Shown here: piece after piece, positions 16,933 to 26,578 of the stretch
Numbering within the stretch: position 1 is the stretch's first letter
How the letters are laid out: each line of letters opens with the position of its first letter
Program-made: the position numbers and the translations under genes
UHGV virus genome: UHGV-2170543
DNA from: a virus
Reading direction: 5' to 3' (one strand)
DNA length: 33,672 nucleotides
The notes under the pieces: model-generated
Seen by the model: only the letters and a program-made list of their open reading frames with translations
What the model was told of the DNA's origin: nothing
Database searches by the model: none

Positions 16933-17558
16933 GCGTTAGTTTCTCCACAACCAGAAGCAATCGACGCCACGACGCCCGGAGCTGCACACTCGCGGGCGTT
17001 ACTCTTTTCCGGCGCACAAAAAACACGAAATAACAGTGTTAAATGCTCCTGCCACTTCGCCATTACTTGGTAGCTGTTCTCTTCGATTTGCTCACGCTCA
17101 GCCTGGTCAATAACTCCATCAGCAGTTGCCTTGCGTAAGTACTGGGAATGCTTGCCAATCCATTCTATTGACTCCATCAGCCGCTGATTAATGTCACCAT
17201 TGTCAATGTCATCAATGACCACCAGCGGCACAAACACCCCATTACTACGACGGGCTATTGCATCCGTTACATGCCTGGTACCACTGGCATCCTGTAAAAC
17301 CATGGCCCACTCAAGTGGAAAAATTTGATCCCCACCGCTACGCAGTCTGTTATGCAATTGATCTTTTGCTGGGGTGATATCATCAGATTTATACAAACCA
17401 AGAATTTCTGCTGCTTCCTCATAGCCATGAGGTAAATCAGCAATCGTTCTTCGTATTGCTGCCACCAGCCATGCTGGTTGCTTATCAACTTTCCATTCAG
17501 GTTCTTTACCCACGTTTAAGCCCTCATATCTGTGGTTTCTGTAAATCGATTTATCCAT
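16929..17558 (-). CDS. hypothetical early protein in cII position (YdaT-like?)
   Basis: About 209 aa from MDKSIYRNH...; directly follows cro; family uncertain. Confidence 0.5.
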
Positions 17559-17751
17559 TAGATTTTTCATAAAGCTCAGGTTTAAATGGCAACCGTCCGC
17601 AAGTTCTATATGCAGCCTCTGCTGCACGTCCTTTTGGAATTAACTGGCCAGGACGGTTTCGCCACTGATAAACGGCTTCAGTTGTTATGCCGAAAAAAGC
17701 AGCAACTTTCTCAATGCTGCCGAAGTAGCTTTCGATATCGTCAGTCGTCAT
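17551..17751 (-). CDS. cro: Cro-like HTH regulator
   Basis: 66 aa; FGSIEKVAAFFGITTEAVYQWRNR HTH; divergent from CI-like repressor. Confidence 0.7.
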   Translation of the reverse strand: MTTDDIESYFGSIEKVAAFFGITTEAVYQWRNRPGQLIPKGRAAEAAYRTCGRLPFKPELYEKSNG

Positions 17752-17848
17752 ATGCCCTCCAAACTAAGTTTTATTAGATGTTAATTATCAATCTATCTTA
17801 GGTCAATAAAAACTAAGATTACTTAGTAATTAAAGAAATGGTGCTCCT
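17752..17848. promoter_or_regulatory. immunity-region operator/promoter interval (OR/PR/PRM)
   Basis: Inverted half-sites ACTAAG-ATTA-CTTAGT at 17811-17826, further CTAAG/CTTAG copies at 17763 and 17796; minus-strand PR candidate -35 TTGACC (17805-17800), 17-bp spacer, -10 TAACAT (17782-17777). Confidence 0.5.
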
Positions 17849-18475
17849 ATGGAAACGGTTGGTCAGCGTATAAAAGCTCTGAGAAGAGTTACCAGAACGT
17901 CCCAGAAAGAATTGGGTAAATTTTGTGGAGTAAGTGACGTTGCTGTGGGGTACTGGGAGAAAGACATCAATGTCCCTGGTGGGGAAGCACTTTCAAAATT
18001 AGCGAAGTTCTTCAATACGTCAATAGATTACATTCTTTATGGTGCGGAGTTTGAAGGCAAACTCGTCACAAACATGCGCAGAGTTCCTGTAATCTCGTGG
18101 GTTCAGGCTGGGCAGTTTACTGAGTGCAGGACAGCAGAAGTGTTTAGTGAAGTAGACAAGTGGGTAGATACATCATTAAAGATTGGTGATAACTCATTTG
18201 CATTGGAGGTTAAAGGCGACTCCATGACTAACCCTAACGGCCTCCCAACAATACCAGAAGGCGCAACAGTGATTGTAGATCCTGATGCAGAACCCCGGCA
18301 TGGAAAAATAGTCATCGCTAGACTTGATGGAACAAACGAAGCCACAGTAAAAAAATTAGTTATCGATGGCCCTCAAAAGTTTTTAGTGCCATTAAATCCC
18401 CGGTACCCCAACATCCCGATCAATGGTAATTGCCTCATCATTGGTGTAGTCAAAGGAGTTCAATACGAACTCTAG
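17849..18475 (+). CDS. cI: CI-like repressor (XRE-type HTH + S24 LexA-like peptidase domain)
   Basis: N-terminal HTH SQKELGKFCGVSDVAVGYWEKD; C-terminal GDSM serine and KKL lysine of the S24 Ser/Lys dyad. Confidence 0.85.
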   Translation: METVGQRIKALRRVTRTSQKELGKFCGVSDVAVGYWEKDINVPGGEALSKLAKFFNTSIDYILYGAEFEGKLVTNMRRVPVISWVQAGQFTECRTAEVFSEVDKWVDTSLKIGDNSFALEVKGDSMTNPNGLPTIPEGATVIVDPDAEPRHGKIVIARLDGTNEATVKKLVIDGPQKFLVPLNPRYPNIPINGNCLIIGVVKGVQYEL

Positions 18476-18641
18476 CCCCCCCTTTTCTCTAACCAAAACA
18501 CCGAACTAAGAAAAGTTTGGTGTTTTCTCTTGCCATTAAAACTAAGTTAAGTTAGATTTTATATCAAAGATAACGAACAGGCAGGACGCCCACGAAGTAG
18601 CCGCCTGGGGCATATGAAGTCCAGGATGATTCGTTAGTACC

Positions 18642-18668
18642 AAAAAAGCGCCCTACCGGACGCTTCGC
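18642..18668 (-). terminator. candidate terminator downstream of 2-TM gene
   Basis: Minus-sense AAGCGTCC-GGTA-GGGCGCTT (one mismatch) followed by TTTTTT. Confidence 0.35.
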
Positions 18669-18831
18669 TCTTTAAAAATCAGTAACCCTCACTTTGGGCC
18701 TGGATCTGGTGGCCTGGGACGAGGTGGAATATGAAAAGGCTCTATTGGTCGACTCATTATCCAATCCTATTATGTCTCATTTCTTCGGTTTCGGTGGTTT
18801 CGGCTTCGGAGGTACATGTCCGTGAACTGGA

Positions 18832-19326
18832 TTATGCTTGTTGGTCATCATTAATATCCGTTAGTTCATTCTCTAGAGGTAGATCTCCCGCACACCAAGC
18901 TATAAATTTTTCTTTGGTTGTTAAATCGTACTTAGTTGGAACACCAGCAAAAATACAGGCCCGAATGAAAGCCGCTCGTTCAAGTGATTTCCATGGATTA
19001 CTATCAGTATCTTGGATTTTTAAATACCTAGCTTGCAACTGATCTTCAGGAAGGGTATCAGACTCAATCAGCAGTCTTTTGTAATGCCTCGCTTGCTCTT
19101 TAGACATTCCAGCCTCTTGGCCAAACTGATAGACCAACTGAAGAACCGAAAGTACGGCAACAAACAAACCGAAAATAAATAAATTACTGTACGGGGCGAA
19201 AACTGAAAAACCGAGAACGATTAACATCAACGTTATTAATTTATCAATGCGAGTTAACAACGTGTAATTCATCTTCTCCAATACATAAGAGTAGTGAACA
19301 TAAAATTTATAATCGTCTCTGGTCAT
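18832..19326 (-). CDS. 2-TM membrane protein in the rex-like slot adjacent to cI
   Basis: 164 aa; two hydrophobic helices (LITLMLIVLGFSVFAPY, LFIFGLFVAVLSVLQLVY) then charged cytoplasmic domain; AT-rich; convergent with cI. Confidence 0.55.
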   Translation of the reverse strand: MTRDDYKFYVHYSYVLEKMNYTLLTRIDKLITLMLIVLGFSVFAPYSNLFIFGLFVAVLSVLQLVYQFGQEAGMSKEQARHYKRLLIESDTLPEDQLQARYLKIQDTDSNPWKSLERAAFIRACIFAGVPTKYDLTTKEKFIAWCAGDLPLENELTDINDDQQA

Positions 19327-19711
19327 ATTAGTCTCAGTTTTCCTTGGGTGGTTTTGGAGGAACTGGAGGCTTTTGTCTTAACGGCACATGCCTCTCCTCA
19401 TACTTATCTACACATAGATCCATATAAATCCTTATCGTTGTTGGGGAGGGTTACATAATAACCAAATCCTTGTTGTTGGGGAATAACCAGGTCCACCTCG
19501 CCTGATGTGGCTAAAAGCAGGCACATAACAGCTAAGTATTTTCAACCAGAGAGAATCCTTAGCGTTGTGGTGAATGCGCAGGCTGATGCGCGAAAGACAT
19601 TGCAGCTATTGCGGAAAAGAGCTGTTCGGCGGGGCAATTAAACGCCCGTGAGAGTCTGAAATAACCGCAAGCCGGAGATCAGCACCGGTCACCACAACAG
19701 CCACTGCTTTG

Positions 19712-19757
19712 GCGGTACCAGTTTGTACCCTTGCTTCCGGCTGGTACCGCTCTTTTT
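19712..19757 (+). terminator. strong hairpin terminator in leader of yfdP-like operon
   Basis: Perfect 10-bp stem GCGGTACCAG/CTGGTACCGC with 19-nt loop followed by TCTTTTT. Confidence 0.5.
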
Positions 19758-19894
19758 ACAAAACAGAGAAGAGCATCACCGGACGACGGGCTCATAACCC
19801 AATCCATCCGGGCGGCTGTCACCGCAGGTGTTCTTCTCTGTTTTGTGGAGAAACCAACCGACCTTGCAGGGTCGGTATGATGAGGAGCAGCAAA

Positions 19895-20257
19895 ATGGCT
19901 AGCGTACGCAGTACTGATGTGCAGGTATTTATCGTAGAACTGGACGGCGGCGTATTTGAAACCAAACTCGGCGCAGTTCTCAGTGAAGTCGCTTCCGGTG
20001 TGATGAACACGAAAAACAAAGGTAAAGTCTCGGTCAATCTGGACATCGAACCGTTTGATGAGAACCGTGTGAAAATCAAACACAAACTCTCATATGTTCG
20101 CCCGACTAACCGCGGGAAAATCTCCGAAGAAGACACCACCGAAACGCCGATGTATGTCAATCGAGGTGGTCGCCTGACTATTCTGCAGGAAGACCAGGGA
20201 CAATTACTGACTCTTGCCGGTGAACCTGACGGAAAACTCCGCGCAGCAGGTCGTTAA
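19895..20257 (+). CDS. YfdP-like hypothetical protein
   Basis: 120 aa from MASVRSTDVQVF with GAGGAG RBS; first gene of a block resembling CPS-53 yfdPQRST by order and lengths. Confidence 0.45.
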   Translation: MASVRSTDVQVFIVELDGGVFETKLGAVLSEVASGVMNTKNKGKVSVNLDIEPFDENRVKIKHKLSYVRPTNRGKISEEDTTETPMYVNRGGRLTILQEDQGQLLTLAGEPDGKLRAAGR

Positions 20258-20322
20258 TATCGTTCGTAATAAACTGATTATTTATCTCATCACTGAATAT
20301 CTTTATATAGTGAGGACTTATT

Positions 20323-21147
20323 ATGTCTCAGAACTTAGACGCAACCGCAATTAATCAAATCCATGCCCTTATTTCTGCTCAGGGTGTTAATGAAATTATC
20401 AGTAAGATTGGTGCCGATGCTGTGGCATTGCCTGAGAATTTCCGCATTCATGATCTGGAAAAATTTAATTTAAATCGCTTCCGTTTCCGTGGTGCACTTT
20501 CCACTGCCAGCATCGATGATTTTACCCGTTATTCTAAAGATCTTGCAGATGAAGGCACCCGCTGCTTTATCGATGCCGATAATATGCGTGCCGTCAGTGT
20601 GCTTAACCTGGGTACTATTGATGAGCCAGGTCACGCAGATAACACTGCCACTCTCAAACTGAAAAAGACAGCACCGTTCTCTGCTCTGTTGTCTGTTAAC
20701 GGCGAGCGTAACTCCCAGAAGTCACTGGCAGAATGGATCGAAGACTGGGCCGACTACCTTGTGGGCTTTGATGCTAATGGTGACGCTATTCAGGCAACAA
20801 AAGCGGCTGCGGCAGTCCGTAAAATCACGATTGAAGCAAACCAGACCGCTGATTTTGAAGATAATGACTTCAGCGGCAAACGCTCCCTGATGGAGTCTGT
20901 CGAAGCGAAGACCAAAGACATTATGCCAGTGGCATTTGAATTTAAATGCGTTCCGTTTGAAGGTCTGAAAGAACGTCCGTTTAAATTACGCCTCAGCATT
21001 ATCACTGGCGATCGTCCTGTACTGGTTCTGCGCATTATTCAGCTGGAAGCGGTGCAGGAAGAAATGGCTAACGAATTTCGTGATCTGCTTGTTGAGAAAT
21101 TCAAAGACAGCAAAGTAGAAACCTTTATTGGTACTTTCACCGCCTGA
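20323..21147 (+). CDS. YfdQ-like protein (DUF2303 family)
   Basis: 274 aa; length and position match yfdQ of CPS-53-type prophages as recalled. Confidence 0.6.
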   Translation: MSQNLDATAINQIHALISAQGVNEIISKIGADAVALPENFRIHDLEKFNLNRFRFRGALSTASIDDFTRYSKDLADEGTRCFIDADNMRAVSVLNLGTIDEPGHADNTATLKLKKTAPFSALLSVNGERNSQKSLAEWIEDWADYLVGFDANGDAIQATKAAAAVRKITIEANQTADFEDNDFSGKRSLMESVEAKTKDIMPVAFEFKCVPFEGLKERPFKLRLSIITGDRPVLVLRIIQLEAVQEEMANEFRDLLVEKFKDSKVETFIGTFTA

Positions 21148-21274
21148 TTTCATTACTGCAAATGCCCCTGCGGGGGCATTTATGGAAACGTAATTAACTC
21201 AATAATCACCGGATGGTGAGGGCTTCCTTTTACCAGAATTCAGCGCGGTGCAGTGCATATACGTGGAGAACAAA

Positions 21275-21811
21275 ATGTCATTTATTAAAACTTTTTCCGG
21301 GAAGCATTTTTATTATGACAAGATAAATAAAGACGACATCGATATTAACGATATCGCGGTTTCCCTTTCAAATATCTGTCGCTTTGCCGGTCATCTTTCG
21401 CACTTCTACAGCGTCGCCCAACATGCGGTTCTTTGCAGCCAGCTGGTGCCGCAGGAATTTGCTTTTGAAGCGTTAATGCATGATGCAACAGAAGCGTATT
21501 GCCAGGACATTCCCGCACCACTGAAACGCCTTCTTCCTGACTATAAACGGATGGAAGAAAAAATAGACGCCGTAATCCGTGAGAAATACGGGTTACCCCC
21601 AGTTATGAGTACACCCGTGAAATATGCCGATCTCATCATGCTGGCAACCGAACGCCGCGATCTCGGGCTTGATGATGGCTCTTTCTGGCCTGTACTGGAA
21701 GGCATCCCGGCAACAGAGATGTTCAACGTGATTCCACTGGCACCGGGTCATGCCTACGGGATGTTTATGGAACGTTTTAACGATTTATCGGAGTTACGCA
21801 AATGCGCATGA
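21275..21811 (+). CDS. HD-domain phosphohydrolase (YfdR-like)
   Basis: H...HD metal-binding motif (HLSHFYSVAQHAV ... EALMHDATEAY); start MSFIKTF with GGAGAA RBS. Confidence 0.6.
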   Translation: MSFIKTFSGKHFYYDKINKDDIDINDIAVSLSNICRFAGHLSHFYSVAQHAVLCSQLVPQEFAFEALMHDATEAYCQDIPAPLKRLLPDYKRMEEKIDAVIREKYGLPPVMSTPVKYADLIMLATERRDLGLDDGSFWPVLEGIPATEMFNVIPLAPGHAYGMFMERFNDLSELRKCA

Positions 21812-22164
21812 ATGTTTTCGAAATGGAAGGGTTTCTTCGCGGGAAATGTGTACCGCGAGATCTGAAAGTGAATGAAACAAATGCTGAGTACCTGTTACGT
21901 AAATTCGACGCGCTTGAAGCTAAATGTGCGGCACTGGAAAACAAAATAATACCAGTGTCAGCTGAACTGCCACCAGCAAATGAAAGTGTTCTGTTATTTG
22001 ATGCTAACGGAGAAGGCTGGCTAATTGGCTGGCGTTCTCTCTGGTACACCTGGGGACAAAAAGAAACCGGAGAATGGCTGTGGACATTTCAGGTCGGGGA
22101 CCTTGAAAACGTCAATATCACTCACTGGGCAGTAATGCCGAAAGCACCGAAGAATAAAAAATGA
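21802..22164 (+). CDS. YfdS-like hypothetical protein
   Basis: 120 aa, overlaps upstream stop; Trp-rich C-terminus. Confidence 0.45.
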   Translation: MRMNVFEMEGFLRGKCVPRDLKVNETNAEYLLRKFDALEAKCAALENKIIPVSAELPPANESVLLFDANGEGWLIGWRSLWYTWGQKETGEWLWTFQVGDLENVNITHWAVMPKAPKNKK

Positions 22165-22364
22165 GCGTGATAAAAACTCATACAGGAATTGTTATCACCC
22201 GAGACGGTCCGCAGGTAAAAAAACTGCACCAGACAAAGCGGATGTGGGTCGTCGGAAAAAACGAGTTTTACCACAAAGAAACCGGACGCCGCCACTTTGC
22301 AGAAAATACTCGCCGCCGACTGCTGATCGATACCATCAAGCCTATCGAGGTGAAGCATGTTTAA
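22161..22364 (+). CDS. small hypothetical protein
   Basis: 67 aa; ATGA-type overlap with upstream gene. Confidence 0.35.
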   Translation: MSVIKTHTGIVITRDGPQVKKLHQTKRMWVVGKNEFYHKETGRRHFAENTRRRLLIDTIKPIEVKHV

Positions 22365-22596
22365 ACAGAACGAAAAATCTATCGCTCAAATTGCTGAGTA
22401 TATCCCGCGTGCGTGCCGGGATATGCAGTTGCAGGAAGCCAAAGCACGCCTGGAGAAAAAAATTGCGCTCTATATCGATGACGGCTGTGATGCCGCCGTT
22501 CTTAACGCGGCGTTCGCGCCAGCTCTTAACAGTCATACGCGAAAGTCTTTTTTTTCGTGCATCGCAGCGCAGATCCGTAAAGGAGGCAACCAGTGA
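22357..22596 (+). CDS. small hypothetical protein
   Basis: 79 aa; operon-style overlap. Confidence 0.35.
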   Translation: MFKQNEKSIAQIAEYIPRACRDMQLQEAKARLEKKIALYIDDGCDAAVLNAAFAPALNSHTRKSFFSCIAAQIRKGGNQ

Positions 22597-23216
22597 GCAA
22601 CATTAACTATCAGGTACTGCGTGAAAAGGCAGAGAAAGCAACTAAAGGAAGCTACATCGTAGGGCATACATCTGTTAACCAACACGGCAATTTAACAGGA
22701 GTTTTTGTTTGTCAAAAATGGAAAGGAGAACCCGGTGGCGTGATTGCGGAACGTCATGTTAACTGCCTGATTGAAACAGATGCTCAGGCTTATGCAAACG
22801 CTGAGTTCATAGCAGAGGCTAACCCGGCTACCGTGCTGGCACTGCTGGATGAACAGGAAAGAAACCAGCAATACATCAAACGCCGCGACCAGGAGAACGA
22901 GGATATTGCGCTAACGGTAGGGAAGCTGCGCGTTGAGCTTGAGGAGACAAAATCAAAACTCAACGAGCAGCGCGAGTATTATGAGGGAGTTATCTCTGAT
23001 GGGTGCAAGCGTATTGCTGAACTGGAAGCGCGGGAAGTTCAATTACCGACTCGCTACGACCTTCGATATGGACACCCGATAAATGCAGATGAGCGACATG
23101 TCATGATACCTAAAGAAAATGGCAGTTGGCTTTACCTGATTGACCTGGAACACGCATTACGCGTCGCTGGCATTCGCATCAAAGGAGAGGAGCATGGAAA
23201 TAAAACCAGAGGATGA
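22593..23216 (+). CDS. Ea22-like family protein
   Basis: 207 aa; coiled-coil central region; resembles ead/Ea22-like prophage proteins as recalled. Confidence 0.45.
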   Translation: MSNINYQVLREKAEKATKGSYIVGHTSVNQHGNLTGVFVCQKWKGEPGGVIAERHVNCLIETDAQAYANAEFIAEANPATVLALLDEQERNQQYIKRRDQENEDIALTVGKLRVELEETKSKLNEQREYYEGVISDGCKRIAELEAREVQLPTRYDLRYGHPINADERHVMIPKENGSWLYLIDLEHALRVAGIRIKGEEHGNKTRG

Positions 23217-23550
23217 GTTAAGCAATATCGTTTTATTTCCGGTAAAAGAGGATGACCCTCGTAATCAGGTTAATTTTCTTTATGAGCCATCGGAAAGACC
23301 ATATTGTCATCACGCCTCTGTCCGGGTTGACGAAAAAGAGCGTCAGGTCCGCTGTAAAATCTGCGGTGCAGTTGTGGAACCATTTGACTGGATGCTCTCT
23401 GTGGCGAAAAGAGAAACCAGACTGGCAGATGATGTAAGGCTCTTGCGTCAGGAGGAGCGGGAAAGGCGAAAAAATATAGAAAAGCTAATTCAGATTGAGC
23501 GTAACGCGAAAGCGCGGATACGCAGGGCGACAAAATCCAGAACTGAATAA
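23194..23550 (+). CDS. hypothetical protein with C/H zinc-ribbon-like motif
   Basis: MEIKPEDEL start with GGAGAGGAG RBS; PYCHH...CKICG motif; basic C-terminus. Confidence 0.4.
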   Translation: MEIKPEDELSNIVLFPVKEDDPRNQVNFLYEPSERPYCHHASVRVDEKERQVRCKICGAVVEPFDWMLSVAKRETRLADDVRLLRQEERERRKNIEKLIQIERNAKARIRRATKSRTE

Positions 23551-23643
23551 TTAAATTTAGCTCTGTTAAAAATTTAATCCTTAACCGGAGGGATTTCTGC
23601 ACCCTCAGAACATCAGGAGGCCGCCCGAAAGGGCGGTAGTTAA

Positions 23644-23826
23644 ATGCGAAAGTTTAAAATAATTATTGAAACGGGAATAGCCGGTGGAGATTTCGAGGAT
23701 GAATTCGAAGTGGATGATGATGCGACGCCTGATGAAATACATGACGAAGCAAAAGATATTTTCTTTAACTACTGCAATTACTCATATCACGAAATAAAAG
23801 ACGAAGAGGAAGAGCAAAATGGCTGA
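23644..23826 (+). CDS. small acidic hypothetical protein
   Basis: 60 aa ORF. Confidence 0.3.
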   Translation: MRKFKIIIETGIAGGDFEDEFEVDDDATPDEIHDEAKDIFFNYCNYSYHEIKDEEEEQNG

Positions 23827-23995
23827 TTTTGGTTCAACTAAATACAACGTCAGTTTTGAAGCATGGCATGAACTGTTAATGGACTATGCAGAGTTACGTG
23901 GTGGCAGTGCTGCTGATGCTGAAGCATGGCGTGATGATTATGAAGCAGGAAAAACTCCGGTCGAAGCATATTGTGATGAGTGGGGCGATGAATGA
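23819..23995 (+). CDS. small hypothetical protein
   Basis: 58 aa MADFGSTKYNVSFEAWHELLMDY...; overlaps neighbours by start/stop. Confidence 0.3.
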   Translation: MADFGSTKYNVSFEAWHELLMDYAELRGGSAADAEAWRDDYEAGKTPVEAYCDEWGDE

Positions 23996-24306
23996 GCGAG
24001 ATTAATTATCAGGAAGGGCATGAAACGGCAGGGCAGGCAAAACCAGTTGCATGGCGATATCGCTACGTGAAAAAAGGCGTTACGGACTTTCAGGAGAATC
24101 TGTGGGTTGGTGACTGGAAATATGTACCGACAAAAGAGGATTGCAACGACAGGCCGAACTATGAAATTCAGGCCTTATTCGCTGCCCCGCCAGTTCCGGT
24201 GACATCAGAAGAACTGGTTAAAGCTGTGCACTTTTATGAACAACTAAAACGCGAAAATCCACCAGCATCCGGAAACCTGATTACAGATTCCCAGATAAGG
24301 CAATGA
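23992..24306 (+). CDS. hypothetical protein
   Basis: 104 aa ORF, ATGA overlap with upstream. Confidence 0.35.
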   Translation: MSEINYQEGHETAGQAKPVAWRYRYVKKGVTDFQENLWVGDWKYVPTKEDCNDRPNYEIQALFAAPPVPVTSEELVKAVHFYEQLKRENPPASGNLITDSQIRQ

Positions 24307-24476
24307 GCTACCTGGCGCAGAACGGGCTGATAAGTATGGGGAATATTTTGCGATGAATATTTAGACTAAAGAGTTTGTAACGCTATGTAAGTGATTTTTT
24401 CTGGTTTAGATATTTATATGTCCGGCCAAATTGAGGTGTGTTTAAATGTTATTGTACATTGATTGTAGGGGGAATA

Positions 24477-24656
24477 ATGAAAAACGCATTGCAGTTTTTG
24501 TTTGTTGCGTTCTGGTTGTTCGCATCATGTATGCCCATCATCTTCACAGCAAGGTATATGGAAAAAGTTGATGTTTTGATATTAATGTTTGGACATATAA
24601 ATGCCCTTTTTTTAGGGGTGTTCATGGCGGTCATGTGCATTGAATACTGGCGGTAA
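24477..24656 (+). CDS. small 2-TM membrane protein
   Basis: MKNALQFLFVAFWLFASCMPIIF...; AT-rich; GGGGGA RBS. Confidence 0.3.
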   Translation: MKNALQFLFVAFWLFASCMPIIFTARYMEKVDVLILMFGHINALFLGVFMAVMCIEYWR

Positions 24657-24914
24657 ATACAGCGAACGCCATTGGTTTAGTTGGATATTTACTGTGCCGG
24701 ACAAAAACGGTTTGCGGGGAAATCTTAGTTAAGTAGAATGACTGCGGGTGCTTGAGGCTATCTGTCTCAGGCATGAACACCAAAAGGCAGATAGAGAAAA
24801 GCCCCAGTTAACATTACGCGTCCTGCAAGACGCTTAACATTAATCTGAGGCCATATCTATGCGACACATAGAGATTAGCCTCTTACGGACCGAAAGGTCA
24901 AGGAGAAGCAGGCT

Positions 24915-25070
24915 ATGAAGCAGCAAAAGGCGATGTTAATCGCCCTGATCGTCATCTGTTTAACCGTCATAGTGACGGCACTGGTAACGAGGAAAGACCT
25001 CTGCGAGGTACGAATCCGAACCGGCCAGACGGAGGTCGCTGTCTTCACAGCTTACGAACCTGAGGAGTAA
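24915..25070 (+). CDS. hok: Hok/Gef-family type I toxin
   Basis: MKQQKAMLIALIVICLTVIVTALVTRKDLCEVRIRTGQTEVAVFTAYEPEE closely matches the Hok pattern (LTRKSLCEIRYRDG.REVAAF.AYE); short upstream ORF ends in ATGA overlap; palindrome CTATGCGACACATAG upstream. Confidence 0.75.
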   Translation: MKQQKAMLIALIVICLTVIVTALVTRKDLCEVRIRTGQTEVAVFTAYEPEE

Positions 25071-25140
25071 GAGACCAGGCGAGGGGGAAATCCCTCGCCA
25101 CCTCTGATGAGTCAGGCATCCTCAACGCACCCGCACTTAA

Positions 25141-25167
25141 CCCGCTTCGGCGGGTTTTGTTTTTTCC
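25141..25167 (+). terminator. Rho-independent terminator after hok
   Basis: CCCGC-TTCG-GCGGG followed by TTTTGTTTTTT. Confidence 0.55.
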
Positions 25168-25237
25168 TGGCATTCTGGTTTACAATTCGCACGTCAGCCT
25201 GAACACCTGACACCTGCTGCGCCAGCAGAGAAAACAG

Positions 25238-25510
25238 ATGGCGCACAAAACCAAATTTCACAATTCTGATACCGACCTTGCCATCCGGCATGGGCGGCGT
25301 TCACACGCATTTAAAACCGACTGGTACCAACACCCACCATGTACTGAAGAACAGGCCGAATGGCTAATTCATAACTACCGCAGACGCGGATACGAGATTA
25401 AGAAAGCCCTCAGCCTCGATTATCGTCACTGGATAATCTATGTCAGGCTCCCTTATTCCGAACGCTCACCGCGCCCATCCCGCACATTCCAGCAACGCAT
25501 CTGGAGGTAA
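25238..25510 (+). CDS. hypothetical protein
   Basis: 90 aa ORF preceding DUF968 gene. Confidence 0.35.
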   Translation: MAHKTKFHNSDTDLAIRHGRRSHAFKTDWYQHPPCTEEQAEWLIHNYRRRGYEIKKALSLDYRHWIIYVRLPYSERSPRPSRTFQQRIWR

Positions 25511-25511
25511 C

Positions 25512-26566
25512 GTGCGGATATTACTTCGACCTGTTCTGGTACCGGAACTCGGGCTGGTGGTCCTTAGGCCGGGCCGTGAATCCATGCAAGTATTTCATAA
25601 CCCTCGAGTGCTGGTGGAGCCTGAACCGAAAAGCATGCGCGGTCTGCCGTCCGGAGTCGTCCCTGCCGTTCGCCAGCCGCTGGCGGAGGATAAATCATTT
25701 CTGCCATTTTTCAGCGATGAGCGGGTGATTCGTGCTGCTGGCGGCGCTGGGGCACTGTCTGACTGGCTGTTGCGTCATGCCAAATCCTGCCAGTGGCCTC
25801 ATGGTGACTATCATCACAGTGAAATCGTCATACATCGTTACGGTACCGGCGCGATGGTGTTGTGCTGGCACTGCGACAACCAGTTGCGTGACCAGACATC
25901 CGAATCACTCGGGCAACTTGCTCATCAAAACCTGTCAGCATGGATGATTGACGTCATACGCCATGCAATGAATGGCACGCAGGAGCGGGAATTGTCGCTG
26001 GCTGAATTATCCTGGTGGGCGGTCCGCAATCAGGTGGCGGACGCGCTACCGGAAGTGGTATTACGTCGTTCGCTGGGGTTGCGTGCGGAAAAAATCCGCT
26101 CAATGTACCGTGAAAGCGACATCGTACCGGGAGNNNNNNNNNNNNNNNNNNNNNNNNNNNNNNNNNNNNNNNNNNNNNNNNNNNNNNNNNNNNNNNNNNN
26201 NNNNNNNNNNNNNNNNNNCCACAGGAAGAGACGGTGGTCAGCATTGCCGTTGATCCTGAGTCTCCGGAATCTTTCATGAAACGACCTAAACGTCGCCGCT
26301 GGGTTAACGAGAAATACAAACGCTGGGTGAAGACACAGCCGTGTGCGTGTTGTGGTAAGCCAGCCGACGATCCCCATCACCTGATTGGTCATGGTCAGGG
26401 CGGAATGGGGACAAAATCTCACGATATTTTCACGCTACCGCTGTGTCGGGAGCATCACAACGAGCTTCATGCGGATCCTCTGGCGTTCGAAGAAAAGCAT
26501 GGTTCTCAGGTTGATTTAATTTTTCGTTTTCTTGATCACGCCTTTGCAACTGGCGTGCTTGGGTAA
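25512..26566 (+). CDS. DUF968-family nin-region protein, copy B (spans assembly gap)
   Basis: GTG start after GGAGG RBS; N- and C-terminal parts paralogous to 10095-11090; interrupted by N run 26134-26218. Confidence 0.55.
26134..26218. other. assembly gap (N run, 85 nt) inside DUF968 gene
   Basis: Run of n characters. Confidence 1.
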
Positions 26567-26578
26567 AAGAGGTGACTG

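Larger units (their letters stand above)
1..24700. mobile_element. Lambdoid prophage segment A: late/lysis module, Q, nin-like and replication genes on minus strand; cro/cI immunity region; yfdP-T/ea22-like early-left block on plus strand
   Basis: Contiguous phage gene content (S, R, Rz/Rz1, Q, RusA, O-like with iterons, cro/cI, Rha, KilA-N); boundaries approximate; no integrase or att site seen. Confidence 0.7.

Noticed and set aside
18494-18526. Inverted repeat AAAACACC ... GGTGTTTT after cI as a terminator
   Set aside because: Loop is 16 nt with no clean U-tract beyond the stem; it contains an ACTAAG operator-like half-site, so its role is ambiguous.
19895-20257. Considered calling the first plus-strand early gene an N antiterminator
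   Set aside because: The protein has no arginine-rich N-terminal motif, and the block matches yfdP-T-like gene order and sizes instead.
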